From assembly GCA_964016885.1 (NCBI GenBank), contig OZ024741.1:89652001-89716000 (forward strand): 64,000 bases of DNA. Direction: 5' to 3'. The notes below the pieces were generated by a model that saw nothing but the letters and a program-made list of their open reading frames with translations, made no database searches and was not told the origin of the DNA. This document shows, in pieces, positions 43,714 through 57,373 of the stretch. Every line of letters starts with the position of its first letter. The stretch's first letter is position 1. The DNA is from Eledone cirrhosa. Its lineage: Eukaryota. Both the position numbers and the translations under genes were made by a program.

Positions 43714-43824
43714 GTATTCTGATGAGTTGATCAGAGGTAAATAATGTAATGGAGATTGAGTGACGCAACTTCAAGCGATTAGCGACCTCTAGACTCACCT
43801 GATTAATGAAACAATTGTCAATAC
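43714..43824 (+). ncRNA. Type I hammerhead ribozyme with extended stem II (family D)
   Basis: GTATT-CTGATGA-GTTGATCAG...CTGATTAAT-GAAA-CAATTG-TC^-AATAC; canonical GUC site, predicted cut after 43819. Confidence 0.85.
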
Positions 43825-43897
43825 CTGAAATAAAGCCCCTTGTTGTACAGCCAACCATGTTACTCTTTATTTTTTAACTATATGTATATATATATAA

Positions 43898-43978
<81 letters not shown>

Positions 43979-43982
<4 letters not shown>

Positions 43983-44088
43983 AACCAGTAAGACCCCCGA
44001 CAGCTGAGCTCAAGCCGTTTCGACGGCTAATTCTGAATTAGCCGTCGAAACGGCTTGAGCTCAGCTGTCGGGGTCTTACTGGTTCCTA
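43979..44088. repeat. Near-perfect ~110-bp palindrome
   Basis: taggaaccagtaagacccccgacagc...aattc t gaatt...gctgtcggggtcttactggttccta. Confidence 0.9.
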
Positions 44089-44165
44089 TTACCCACTCTA
44101 CTACCTCAAGTATTGAGTACTTTGGTGCGTTATGGTCCACCTGGTTCCTTACCACATTTCCTTCG

Positions 44166-44227
<62 letters not shown>

Positions 44228-44257
44228 AAATTAAAAGATGGTTAAAAAAGTTCCATA

Positions 44258-44328
44258 TATTTTATTATGCGCATTTCAAAAACAAATATCATCCTGGGAC
44301 GATAATTGCGTTCTCATCAGATAAAATA
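44258..44328 (-). ncRNA. Type I hammerhead motif (family B) with a partial inverted copy at 44348-44416
   Basis: Reverse strand TATTTTAT-CTGATGA-GAACGCAA...TTGTTTTT-GAAA-TGCGCA-TA^-ATAAAATA. Confidence 0.8.
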
Positions 44329-44583
44329 AGGTAACATGATATGATGCATGAGAACGCAATTAGCGTCCCAGGATGATATTTGTTTTTGAAATGCGCATAA
44401 TAAAATATATGGAACTCTATCAACTGTTGAGTGCTACTTATCTGATATTTGCATAGTTTTATTGTTCTACAATAAAACTCACCTCCTACACACACACACA
44501 CACACATACAAACACACACACACACATATATATATTATATACATATATATATATGTATATATGTATATATATATGTATATATG

Positions 44584-44616
<33 letters not shown>

Positions 44617-44687
44617 GTGTATCTATGTATATATGTATATATATATATGTATATATGTATATGTATATATATATATATGTATATATG

Positions 44688-44736
<49 letters not shown>

Positions 44737-44761
44737 ATGTATATATATATATATGTATATA

Positions 44762-45709
44762 TGAAAAAATGGGGAGAAGAATACTGCTGGTTGCACATGG
44801 ATAACATGTAATGAAATAAGTCCCTCATCAGTGATTTGCCGACGATCATAGATATTTCATTGCATTAAAAATCATATACCTCACGTCGGTGCAATAATAA
44901 CTAAATTAAGTTATTAGGACAATTAAAACGCGTAAAGCGAGTGAAACAAGATAACAACAAAGAGGATAGCTAACCGTAGAAGGAAGGGAACAAGCTTCAT
45001 AGTTATTCTGTTAGCATAAGCTAGGTGAATATATGAGCGCTTAGAAAAAAGACCTTTCAGGAGCGAATTCAAATGTGAGAAAGAGAGAAAATGATTTCGT
45101 CGCGAACGGGGTGAAGTGAGAAGAGGAGAAACAGTGAGTGAGTGAGTGAGTGGAAGTGTGAGGAAGAGTTAACTGACATGACAGAGGGGGCGAAAGAAAG
45201 TAGGAGAAACAGAGAGAGCGAGGGAGCAGTAAGAGAGAGAGAGAGAGAAAAAACAGAATCGCAGTTTAGGTAAATATATGTGAAAAAATGGGGAGAAGAA
45301 TACTGCTGGTTGCACATGGATAACATGTAATAAAATAAGTCCCTCATCAGTGATTTGCTGACGATCATAGATATTTCATTGCATTAAAAATCATATACCT
45401 CATATCGGTGCAATAATAACTAAATTAAGTTATTAGGACAATTAAAACGCGTAAAGCGAGTGAAACAAGATAACAACAAAGAGGATAGCTAACCGTAGAA
45501 GGAAGGGAACAAGCTTCATAGTTATTCTGTTAGCATAAGCTAGGTGAATATGTGAGCGCTTAGAAAAAAGACCTTTCAGGAGCGAATTCAAATGTGAGAA
45601 AGAGAGAAAATAATTTCGTCGCGAACGGGGTGAAGTGAGAAGAGGAGAAACAGTGAGTGAGTGAGTGAGTGGAAGTGTGAGGAAGAGTTAACTGACATGA
45701 CAGAGGGGG
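44762..45709. repeat. Head-to-tail duplication of a ~519-bp unit (about 1.8 copies)
   Basis: tgaaaaaatggggagaag starts at 44762 and at 45281; few substitutions between copies. Confidence 0.9.
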
Positions 45710-45802
45710 ATATATATATATGTATATGTATATATATATATATGTATATGTATATATATATATGTATATATATATATATGTATGTATATATATATATGTA
45801 TG

Positions 45803-45875
<73 letters not shown>

Positions 45876-45952
45876 GTATGTATATATATATGTATATATA
45901 TATATATATATGTATGTATATATATATGTATATATATATATATATGTATATA

Positions 45953-45995
<43 letters not shown>

Positions 45996-46682
45996 GTATA
46001 TATATATGTATATATATATGTATATATATATGTATATATATATATGTATATATATATATGTATATATATATATCTATATATATATGTATATGTATATATA
46101 TATGTATATGTATATATATATGTATATGTATATATATATGTATGTATATATATATGTATATATATATGTATATATATATGTATGTATATATATATGTATA
46201 TATATATGTATATATATATGTATATATGTATATATATATGTATATATATATGTATATATATATGTATGTATATATATATGTATATATATATGTATATATA
46301 TATATATGTATATATATATATGTATATATATATGTATATATATATATGTATATATATATGTATATATATATGTATATATATATATATGCATTTATATATG
46401 TATATGTATATATATATATGTATATATATATATGCATTTATATATGTATATGTATATATATATGTATATATATATGTATATATATATATGCATTTATATA
46501 TGTATATATATATATATATGCATTTATATATGTATATATATATATATATGCATTTATATATGCATATATATATATGCATATATATATATATGTATATATA
46601 TATGCATTTATATATGTATATGCATTTATATATATGCATTTATATATGTATATGCATTTATATATATGCATTTATATATGTA

Positions 46683-46757
<75 letters not shown>

Positions 46758-46850
46758 GTATATATGTATATATATATATGTATATATATATATATGTATA
46801 TATGTATATATATATATGTATATATGTATATATATATATGTGTATATATG

Positions 46851-46883
<33 letters not shown>

Positions 46884-46885
46884 GC

Positions 46886-46916
<31 letters not shown>

Positions 46917-47253
46917 CATATATAAATGCATATACATATATAAATGCATATATATATACATATATATATATATATGCATATATATATATACATATATAAA
47001 TGCATATATATATATATACATATATAAATGCATATATATATATATATACATATATAAATGCATATATATATATACATATATATATATACATATATATATA
47101 CATATACATATATAAATGCATATATATATATACATATATAAATGCATATATATATATACATATATATATACATATACATATATAAATGCATATATATATA
47201 TATATACATATATATAAATGCATATATATATATATATACATATATATAAATGC

Positions 47254-47284
<31 letters not shown>

Positions 47285-47285
47285 C

Positions 47286-47316
<31 letters not shown>

Positions 47317-47327
47317 CATATATATAT
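45710..47327. repeat. (TA)n array with TATGCATTTA units mirrored as TAAATGCATA
   Basis: Polarity inversion near 46890. Confidence 0.9.
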
Positions 47328-47884
47328 GGTGGCTGCCAACTCGTTTTCGAGTACGGCCACTACTTTATATCCATGTAGAACCCCTACCGATGCGCTGAAC
47401 GAGTGTGACTTTTTATTCCAGCCAGCGACTTGAAAACTCTGGTACAAACACTACACTTGTGACAATTGTTGATACATAGTGCTGGGCCCATGGTACCATG
47501 TGACAACAAGTGCAGAGAGCTCTCCAGATATAAAGCAATGCCTGTGCCGTGAAGCTTTTATAGTGAGCAAAGCCACTGCACAAAGCCAGTCCCACTCTCT
47601 TAACCAAGATGATATTTACCAAAAAGAAGAACAAGTCAACATCATTGGATACCATCAGGGTTGCAGGTGTTATATCAGAGTTTTCCTTCTCCTAGAATTC
47701 TGCCTTGACAAAGGCTAAGGGGTCATCTCTCCCGGTGATTTTGGATGGCCATTGACTCTTAAGAGCTCCTTTGCTCTTTGACAGGTTTTGTTTTTAGTCC
47801 TGCAGGATGTCCAAAGTCACCCTCCTCACCAAGAAACCTTGGTGGGGTTGCCAGTTTAGTCGCCAACGACCCGACTATGAGACA
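47328..47884 (-). mobile_element. Bipartite RTE-like element
   Basis: Reverse complement of about 15187-15740. Confidence 0.8.
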
Positions 47885-47972
47885 TATATATATACATATA
47901 TATATACATACATATATATATACATATATATATATACATATATATATATACATATATATATACATATATATA

Positions 47973-48306
47973 TCAAAAATCACTGGGAGAGATGACTTGT
48001 TCTTCTTTTTGGTAAATATCATCTTGGTTAAGAGAGTGGGACTGGCTTTGTGCAGTGCCTTTGCTCACTATAAAAGCTTCACGGCACAGGCATTGCTTTA
48101 TATCTGGAGATCTATCTGCACTTGTCGTCACATGGTACCATGGGCCCAGCACTATGTGTCAATAATTGTCACAAGTGTAGTGTTTGTACCAGAGTTTTCA
48201 AGTCGCTGGATGGACTAAAAAGTCACACTTGTTCAGCGCATCGGTAGGGGTTCTCCTACATGGATATAAAGTAGTGGCTATACTCGAAAACGAGTTGGCA
48301 GCCACC
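47973..48306 (+). mobile_element. Bipartite RTE-like element, truncated and internally deleted
   Basis: Deletion joins gagagatgac to ttgttc at a TGAC microhomology. Confidence 0.75.
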
Positions 48307-48313
48307 ATATATG

Positions 48314-48346
<33 letters not shown>

Positions 48347-48357
48347 GTATATATATG

Positions 48358-48432
<75 letters not shown>

Positions 48433-48461
48433 GTATATATATACATATATATATATGTATA

Positions 48462-48536
<75 letters not shown>

Positions 48537-48537
48537 G

Positions 48538-48620
<83 letters not shown>

Positions 48621-48621
48621 G

Positions 48622-48690
<69 letters not shown>

Positions 48691-48691
48691 G

Positions 48692-48999
48692 TATAGTGGT
48701 GGCTATGGTGCTTCCGTAGGCGGTATGCCAAAATTAGCACTCGATATTCATCAGAGTAGAGTGTAGATATTATCAAGAAAACGAAAAATCAGTAATGTAT
48801 CTGGACTTAGTTTATTTCGTGTTACAAATGTTTCGCCGGCATGTAGCTCGAGTCATGTTCCTTGTATGGATCTGGTTGATTCTACTTCTGCCGGTTCTTT
48901 CAGACACGGGTGTTATGTCCGGAGCAAATTTTATCACTGATAAAATTTGCTCCAGACATAACACCCGTCCAGATGCATCACTGATTTTTCGTTTTCTTG

Positions 49000-49006
<7 letters not shown>
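48692..49006. mobile_element. Fold-back pLTR-like module (family E), homologous to 61735-62077
   Basis: Outer inverted arms 48767-48806 / 48967-49006 and inner hairpin 48907-48967. Confidence 0.7.
48819..48907 (-). ncRNA. Type I hammerhead motif with long stem II (family E)
   Basis: Reverse strand GTGT-CTGAAAGA (one extra A)-ACCGGCA...TGCCGGC-GAAA-CATTTG-TA^-ACAC. Confidence 0.6.
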
Positions 49007-49050
<44 letters not shown>

Positions 49051-49098
49051 GTATATATATATATATGTATATATGTATATATATGTATATATATAAGT

Positions 49099-49178
<80 letters not shown>

Positions 49179-49193
49179 GTATATATATATATG

Positions 49194-49240
<47 letters not shown>

Positions 49241-49257
49241 GTATATATATATATATG

Positions 49258-49302
<45 letters not shown>

Positions 49303-49320
49303 GTATAAATATATATGTAA

Positions 49321-49356
<36 letters not shown>

Positions 49357-49367
49357 ATATATATATG

Positions 49368-49430
<63 letters not shown>

Positions 49431-49443
49431 GTATATATATATG

Positions 49444-49476
<33 letters not shown>

Positions 49477-49619
49477 GTATATATATATATGTATATATAT
49501 ATGTATATATATATGTATATATATATGTATATATATATGTATATATATATATGTATATATGTATATATATATATGTATATATGTATATATATATATGTAT
49601 ATATGTATATGTATATATG

Positions 49620-49712
<93 letters not shown>

Positions 49713-49713
49713 G

Positions 49714-49748
<35 letters not shown>

Positions 49749-49749
49749 G

Positions 49750-49828
<79 letters not shown>

Positions 49829-49923
49829 GTATATATATATGTATATATATATATATGTATATGTATATATGTATATATATATATGTATATATATATATAT
49901 GTATATATATATATGTATATATG

Positions 49924-49954
<31 letters not shown>

Positions 49955-49977
49955 GTATATATATATATGTATATATG

Positions 49978-50034
<57 letters not shown>

Positions 50035-50179
50035 ATATATATATATATGTATATATATGTATATATGTATATATATATATATGTATATATATGTATATAT
50101 GTATATATATATATGTATATATATATATATGTATATATATGTATATATGTATATATATATATGTATATATATGTATATA

Positions 50180-50212
<33 letters not shown>

Positions 50213-50243
50213 ATATATATATATGTATATATATGTATATATG

Positions 50244-50274
<31 letters not shown>

Positions 50275-50277
50275 GTG

Positions 50278-50317
<40 letters not shown>

Positions 50318-50342
50318 TGTGTATATATATATTTATATATGT
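49007..50342. repeat. (TA)n/(TATG)n array
   Basis: Direct. Confidence 0.95.
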
Positions 50343-51315
50343 ATTAGTTTTGCAAGGTTTTTGATATGAAATCGTGTGTCGAAACAAATATTGTTATACT
50401 TGGGGAGGGTCATATTTGTGTAATATTGCCAGAATTAATAACAGAACACACTCACTGTTTGGTTGGTTTTCGCTTTTCGCTTCTGTCTCTTTTATATCGG
50501 TTAATTTAATTTATTCGGTCCTCAATGTTGCCATTGACTGACAAACGGTCAAAAATACAGATACAATATAGACACAAACACATATATATAGTCTATCAAA
50601 GTTTCTTCGTTGCACATCTGCAACATCATCAGTGGTGCTATTGTTTCCTCCCGTTGCATTGTATGTCTACGCCATCTTTATTTAGTCTGTTTATATAATT
50701 ATTTATTTGTTTATTTTTTTGTCTTCTTTGCGCATGCGTTTGCGTGTGTGAATAGTGTTTTGTTTGATGTGTGTTCGTGTTTGGGTGACTGTGTATTTGT
50801 TAATGTATTCTATCTTTACTAGTGTGTGTTTATATGTGTTTGTTGTTATTGTGCTTGTGTATGTATTTATTTATTTATCTATTTATTTATTTTTTTATAC
50901 TTCTCTTAGCTCAGTGTTGCTTGTTTGGGTGTTGTTGTTATTCCATTCATTTTTTCTGTTTAGCCTTGGCCTTCTAAGTTCTATTTCACTGGCCTCTCTG
51001 ATTTGCCTATCTGCTGGGTCATTTCTATGTTTAGATATTATTCTAATTTCTATGTTGTCTATGTTACCGTCGTGTTGTTGTCTGGCATGTTCGTATAATA
51101 CTGAACCGTTTTTTCGTCCTTTTAGTTCCCCCAAGTGTTGGTCTATCCTTTCACCTATGCCACGAGCTGTCTCGCCTATGTATGTTGTTGTCATGTTTCT
51201 GCAAGTACCCTCTGTATATCTTATGCTATAGACTACGTTTCTAGTTTTACAGTTTATCCGGGGGTTTACTTTACATGTGATACATTTCCTATTAGCACAG
51301 TAGGTTTTCTTAAAA
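50343..51315 (-). mobile_element. Inverted 3' arm (GIY-YIG + pLTR) of the Penelope-like element
   Basis: Reverse complement of about 54630-55553 plus terminal sequence; YIGETAR ORF at 50895-51194; hammerhead-like motif at 50590-50641. Confidence 0.88.
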
Positions 51316-52037
51316 CATACACAACAAACATATCAAAACAAGTAAATAATTTATTATTGAACAAAACACAAGCTGAACGACTAAAACACACAATAAAAGT
51401 TAATATGAAAAGAACAACATACACAAAAGTTAACGAACTTTACAGACAGAAACGCATTAACGGTAAGGAAGTCGGAAATCTCACCACACCAAACGAGAGG
51501 GATGACTTCATGAGCGTCATCCGACGTGAAACGAAATACGCCCGAAACGAATGCAATAGGCATTTCAATAAGAAATTAGAATGGCTGAATAAGAAAAAAC
51601 TAGAAGAAAGGAAAATAGAATATTCTCAAAAATACCCAGATAACATCAACAATATCCGTATGACTGATGTAAAACTACCGGAAGAATTTACCAATGACCA
51701 CACAGTAAATATTTATGGGAACACTTTAATCAGTGAACAAGAACAACAAATCCTGCAGCTACCACCAAAATGTGCCATCTACAAAAAGATTAACCCTATT
51801 GAGTGCAAAATGGAGCTGGAAAAGTGTTTCACAAAAATACGTTGGAATGCAAAAGTAAACAACAACAACAACTATACGGACAACAATAATAACGGTAGTA
51901 GTAATATAAACAATAACTCTGAGTATAGAAATAACAGCTATAATAGTAATAGTCATAACAATAACAATAGCAGGAGAGTGAGAAATAGTAATAATGGTAA
52001 TAATATTAACGATAGACAGAACAACAACAACCACAAT

Positions 52038-52231
52038 TATAATTGTTTCTACTTTTGGCACAAGGCCAGCAATTACCCAGTGTATTACTGGTACTTTATT
52101 TTATCGACCCCGTAAGGATGAAAAGCAAAGTTAACCTCGACGGGATTTGAACTCAGAATGGCAAGGGCCGTAACTCCATGCGTCAAAGCATGGCGTCCGA
52201 CCCTCTACCGATACTGCCAATCCACCACAAT
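52038..52231 (-). mobile_element. tRNA-derived SINE inserted in the Penelope ORF
   Basis: Same family as 9296-9520; direct repeat ACCACAAT(T/A)ATAAT at 52030 and 52224. Confidence 0.85.
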
Positions 52232-55200
52232 AATAATAATAATAGAAACATTAACTACAGACACAGCAGCAGCGACCACAGTAGTAATAACGGTAACAAT
52301 ACGAATAACAACAACAACAACCACAGTGGTAATAATAGAAATAATATATGTAGCAACGTTAATGATAGACACAACAAAAACAAGAAACATAATAAAAGTA
52401 ACAACCACAATGGTAGAAATAACAGTAACAACAACAATAACGGTGGAGAAACCAACAACAATACATCTAACAACCGCAGCAACAATACATCTAGCAAATA
52501 TAACAACAATACATCTAACAATCACAGCAACAATACATCTAGCAATCATAACAACAATAATAATGCTAATGATAGGAACAACAACAACCACCATAATAAC
52601 AATAATAGCAACACACACAACTATGACGATAGATATAATGACAACCCCTTAGAGAAACTATTCTTCAACCCAGCTGACAAAACATATAAGATGGGTAATA
52701 TCTATCCTACGAGGTTACCCTTTAATAAAAGAGTTTGCATACTACAACAAATAGATGACGAGACAGAGGCACAGTTCACCATAGCTAGAAATAAGATTAG
52801 ACAATTAGTAGACCAGTATACTAAGAGACAGAGCAGACCAGAGGTCCAACAACTTGGGAGGAAACCTGTAGAAGGCTTGGTTAGCCTCAAGCAGCGCACA
52901 AGGGATGGTGAGGTAGTATGTCTACCCATGGATAAGTCTGGTAGGATGTCAATAGACAGCATGCCGAACTACATCAAGGCTATGCAACCCCACGTCACCA
53001 ACACGAGCGAAATTGCACAGCAAATACATGATGGGAGAGAGAAAATCCTCAACGCTCACATGATGATGTGGACCGACATCCTAAAGCCAAGCAGACGCAC
53101 TGCCAACAACTTCCAGGCGTCTAACAATGGCATACCACCCTTGTATGGGCTCCGCAAAGACCACAAGACAGTCGACGACCCGACAACAGGACCACCAACA
53201 AGACCCGTATGCGGAGCAAATATAGATAGCAACTACTGGATCTCCTACTTCCTCTCAATGGTTATACGCCCCATAATCAAGATGTCCCCAGATGTATGTG
53301 ACAGTACAGAGGACCTCCTCAGCAGAATCAGTGAGTGCAACAAAAACAGGAACCTATCCAACTGCATAATAGGCAGCATGGATGTGGTATCACTGTACCT
53401 ATCCATTAACATTGATTTTGCTGTGGAAAAATGTGTGGAGATGATCATTGAGAGTGAGGTGGAGTTCTGCGACGTCGACACAGACGAAATGGGCCTCCTA
53501 CTTAGACTTACCTACGACACTGACTACTTAGACAGCCATGACCTTAGACGTTTCTGCCCCAGTAGACCCATAAGAGGTAGACCCCCCACCATAACCTCAA
53601 TGGCTAAAAAGACTCCCATGGGAAGGTGGATTGGGTGGACCAAAGCTATACGGACCCCCCAAAACAATGATCAGGTAAGAAAAATGGTCGCACATGCAAT
53701 AGGGGCTAGTATCAAAACTACCCTAAAGGGCCACACATTCAAGTTCAACGAGAAGATCTACACCCAAAATGAGGGAGCAGCCATTGGCGTCAGCATAGCT
53801 GGTGACGTTGCCAACCTTTTTATGGTATGGTGGGAAAGGAGACTTAAAGATCTCCTTGATGAGAGCTCCATAGACCTCATCATGTACTCTCGTTACGTAG
53901 ACGATATCAATATAGTAATAAGAACACCCCCACAAGAGAGCACTAACAAGTTTGATTTAGAACGTAGCACAATGGAAAGCATCCAGCAGATAGCTAATTC
54001 CATACACCAGAGTATAACTGTAACTATCGACTACCCTTCCAAACACCCTAACAATAGACTACCTGTATTAGACACGGAACTCTGGATTAACACTATAGAC
54101 GAGAGAGCCCAAATTCTCCACTCACACTATGCTAAACCCATGGCCTCCAAATACCTGATACTCAAAAACTCAACAATGTCCAGTAGTGCTAAGTTTAATA
54201 TTCTGATCTCAGATTTGGTACGAGTGATGAAGAATGTGTCCCGCATGTGCGACCCAACAGAAATGGAAAGACACATCCAACACTTCATCAACCGCATGCA
54301 GTTCTCTGGCTACAACCAAAGAGACAGAATCAGAGTATACGAAGGAGCCACGGAGAAGTATAAGACCCTCATAGAACTGGACATGAAAGGAATTTGCCCA
54401 TTATACAGGAGCAAATGATGGAATAGCTTAGATAGGGCTAGACATAAGATAGGGAAAGCCACCTCATGGTACGACAACCAGAGATACCAGAGTGTCATAT
54501 TTGTGGACGCTACCCCTGGAGGGAAATTAGCTAACCAGTGTAGAAAGGCCCTGAGAAAGACCCACTTAAAGATTAAGGTGGTAGAAAAGCCAGGAACCAC
54601 CATAAAATCCCTGATCAGCAAAACCTACCCTTTTAAGAAAACCCACTGTACTAATAGGAAATGTATCATATGTAAAGTAAATCCCCGGATGAACTGTAAA
54701 ACTAGAAACGTAGTCTGTAGCATAAGATGTACAGAGGGTACTTGCAGAAACATGACAACAACATGCATAGGCGAGACAGCTCGTAGCATAGGTGAAAGGA
54801 TAGACCAACATTGGGGGGGGGGGGGGGGGGACTAAAAGGACGAAAAAACGGTTCAGTACTATACGAATATGCCAGACAACAACACGACAGTAGCATAGAC
54901 AACATAGAAATTAGAATAATATCTAAACATAGAAATGACCCAGCAGATAGGCAAATCAGAGATACCAGTGAAATAGAACTTAGAAGGCCAAGGCTAAATA
55001 GAAAAAAATGAATGGAATAAAAACAACACCCAAACAAACAACACTGACCAAAGAGAAGTATAAAAAAAAAAAATAGATAAATAAATAAATACATACACAA
55101 GCACAATAACAACAAACACATATAAACACACACTAGTAAAGATAGAATACACAGTCACCCAAACACGAACACACATCAAACAAAACACTATTCACACACG

Positions 55201-55300
55201 CAAACGCATGTGCAAAGAAGACAAAAAATAAACAAATAAATAAATATATAAACAGACTAAATAAAGATGGCGTAGACATACAATGCAACGGGAGGAAACA

Positions 55301-55354
55301 ATAGCACCACTGACGATGTTGCAAATGTGCAACGAAAGAACTTTGATAGACTAT
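55301..55354 (+). ncRNA. Hammerhead-like motif in the Penelope pLTR (family G)
   Basis: ATAGCACCA-CTGACGA-T-GTTGCA-aatg-TGCAAC-GAAA-GAAC-TT-TGATAGACTAT. Confidence 0.55.
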
Positions 55355-55557
55355 ATATATGTGTTTGTGTCTATATTGTATCTGTATTTTTGACTGTTGG
55401 TCAGTCAATGGCAACATTGAGGACCGAATAAATTAAATTAACCGATATACAAGACACAGAAGCGAAAAGCGAAAATCAACCAAACAGTGAGTGTGTTATG
55501 TTATTAATTCTGGCAATATTACACAAATATGACCCTCCCCAAGTATAACAATATATG

Positions 55558-55591
<34 letters not shown>

Positions 55592-55616
55592 TATGTGTAT
55601 ATATATACATGTATAT

Positions 55617-56167
55617 GTCGGGTCGCTGGCGACTAAATTGGCAACCTCTCCAAGGTTTCTTGGTGAGGAGGGTGACTTTGGACATCCTGCAGGACTAAAA
55701 ACAAAACCTGTCAGAGAGCAAAGGAGCTCTTAAGAGTCAATGGCCATCCAAAATCACCGAGAGAGATGACCCCTTAGCCTTTGTCAAGGCAGAATTCTAG
55801 GAGAAGGAAAACTCTGATATAACACCTGCAACCCTGATGGTATCCAATGATGTTGACTTGTTCTTCTTTTTGGTAAATATCATCTTGGTTAAGAGAGTGG
55901 GACTGGGTTTGTGCAGTGCCTTTGCTCACTATAAAAGCTTCACGGCACAGGCATTGCTTTATATCTGGAGATCTCTCTGCACTTGTCGTTACATGGTACC
56001 ATGGTCCCAGCACTATGTGTCAATAATTGTCACAAGTGTAGTGTTTGTACCAGAGCTTTCAAGTCGCTGGCTGGACTAAAAAGTCACACTCGTTCAGCGC
56101 ATCGGTGGAGGTTCTCCTACATGGATATAAAGTAGTGGCCGTACTCGAAAACGTGTTGGCAGCCATC
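55617..56167 (+). mobile_element. Bipartite RTE-like element
   Basis: Matches 15197-15740; flanked by (TA)n. Confidence 0.8.
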
Positions 56168-56247
56168 ATCATATATATATATGTGTGTGTATATATATAT
56201 ATGTATATATATATATAGGTGTATATATGTATATATATATATATGTG

Positions 56248-56279
<32 letters not shown>

Positions 56280-56297
56280 TCGGTGTATATATATATG

Positions 56298-56358
<61 letters not shown>

Positions 56359-56447
56359 ATATATATATATATGTGTATATATATAGGTGTATATGTGTAT
56401 ATATATATATATGTGTATATATATAGGTGTATATATATATATATATA

Positions 56448-56478
<31 letters not shown>

Positions 56479-56661
56479 GTGTATATATATAGGTGTATAT
56501 ATATCTATATATATATATGTGTGTGTATATATATATATATGTGTGTGTGTATATATATATATATGTGTGTATATATATATGTGTGTGTATATATATATAT
56601 ATATATGTGTGTATATATATATATATATGTGTATATATATATATGTGTATATATATATATA

Positions 56662-56736
<75 letters not shown>

Positions 56737-56749
56737 GTATATATATATA

Positions 56750-57231
56750 TGAATGTATATATAGTGTATTTTGCAATACACTGTATGCTTAATTAAAAGC
56801 ATTTTGAAGACCTTGCGCTATTGTTTTAGAGTAGTGACAGTCTCACTTACTTTAAATTTTCAGCATTTAAGCAATTAAGCATACAGTGTATTGCAAAATA
56901 CACTGTATATACATTCATATATATATCGCTATTTCAGAGCGCCAATTCTAATTTTCAATTTCTGCTTGACCGGCAACCGCTCTGTATAATCAGTTCCTGA
57001 TTATTTACTAGAAATTCTATAAGAATCAAACATTCATGATTTTCAGCAAACAGGTGGAGTATATATAAGTACCAATCAGTACGAAACAGAGCTCTGTCAG
57101 CTTTATCTCCGTTGTTTGCTGAAAATTTAAAGTAAGTGAGACTGTCACTACTCTAAAACAATAGCGTAAGGTCTTCGAAATGCTTTTAATTAAGAATACA
57201 CTGTATTGCAAAATACACTATATATACATTC
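56750..57231. repeat. Nested fold-back: 56750-56865 inverted at 57117-57231, and partly again at 56874-56917
   Basis: gaatgtatatatagtgtattttgcaatac...aattttcagca / tgctgaaaattt...aaaatacactatatatacattc. Confidence 0.85.
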
Positions 57232-57256
57232 CTATATATATATGTATATATATATG

Positions 57257-57303
<47 letters not shown>

Positions 57304-57373
57304 GTATATATATATATGTATATATGTATATATATATATATATATGTATATTTATATGTATATATATATATGT

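Larger units (their letters stand above)
51316..55553 (+). mobile_element. Penelope-like retroelement (N-terminal region, Asn-rich insert, RT, Cys-rich linker, GIY-YIG, pLTR), disrupted
   Basis: LQLPPK..Y, DKSGR, YGLRKDHK, RPVCG, SMDVVSLY, Q.EGAAIG, YSRYVDD, LPVLD, C..C...VV.SIRC..IGET; SINE insertion, TGA at 54416, 18-G run at 54813. Confidence 0.92.

Noticed and set aside
44806-44863. SECIS-like hairpin on the minus strand (ATGA...AAA...GA)
   Set aside because: Helix between ATGA and the AA loop is only about 7-8 bp, too short, and there is no upstream selenoprotein ORF
54416-54418. In-frame TGA in the Penelope ORF as selenocysteine or programmed read-through
   Set aside because: Not a cysteine-like position, no convincing SECIS seen, and the copy has other disabling lesions; a simple nonsense mutation is more likely
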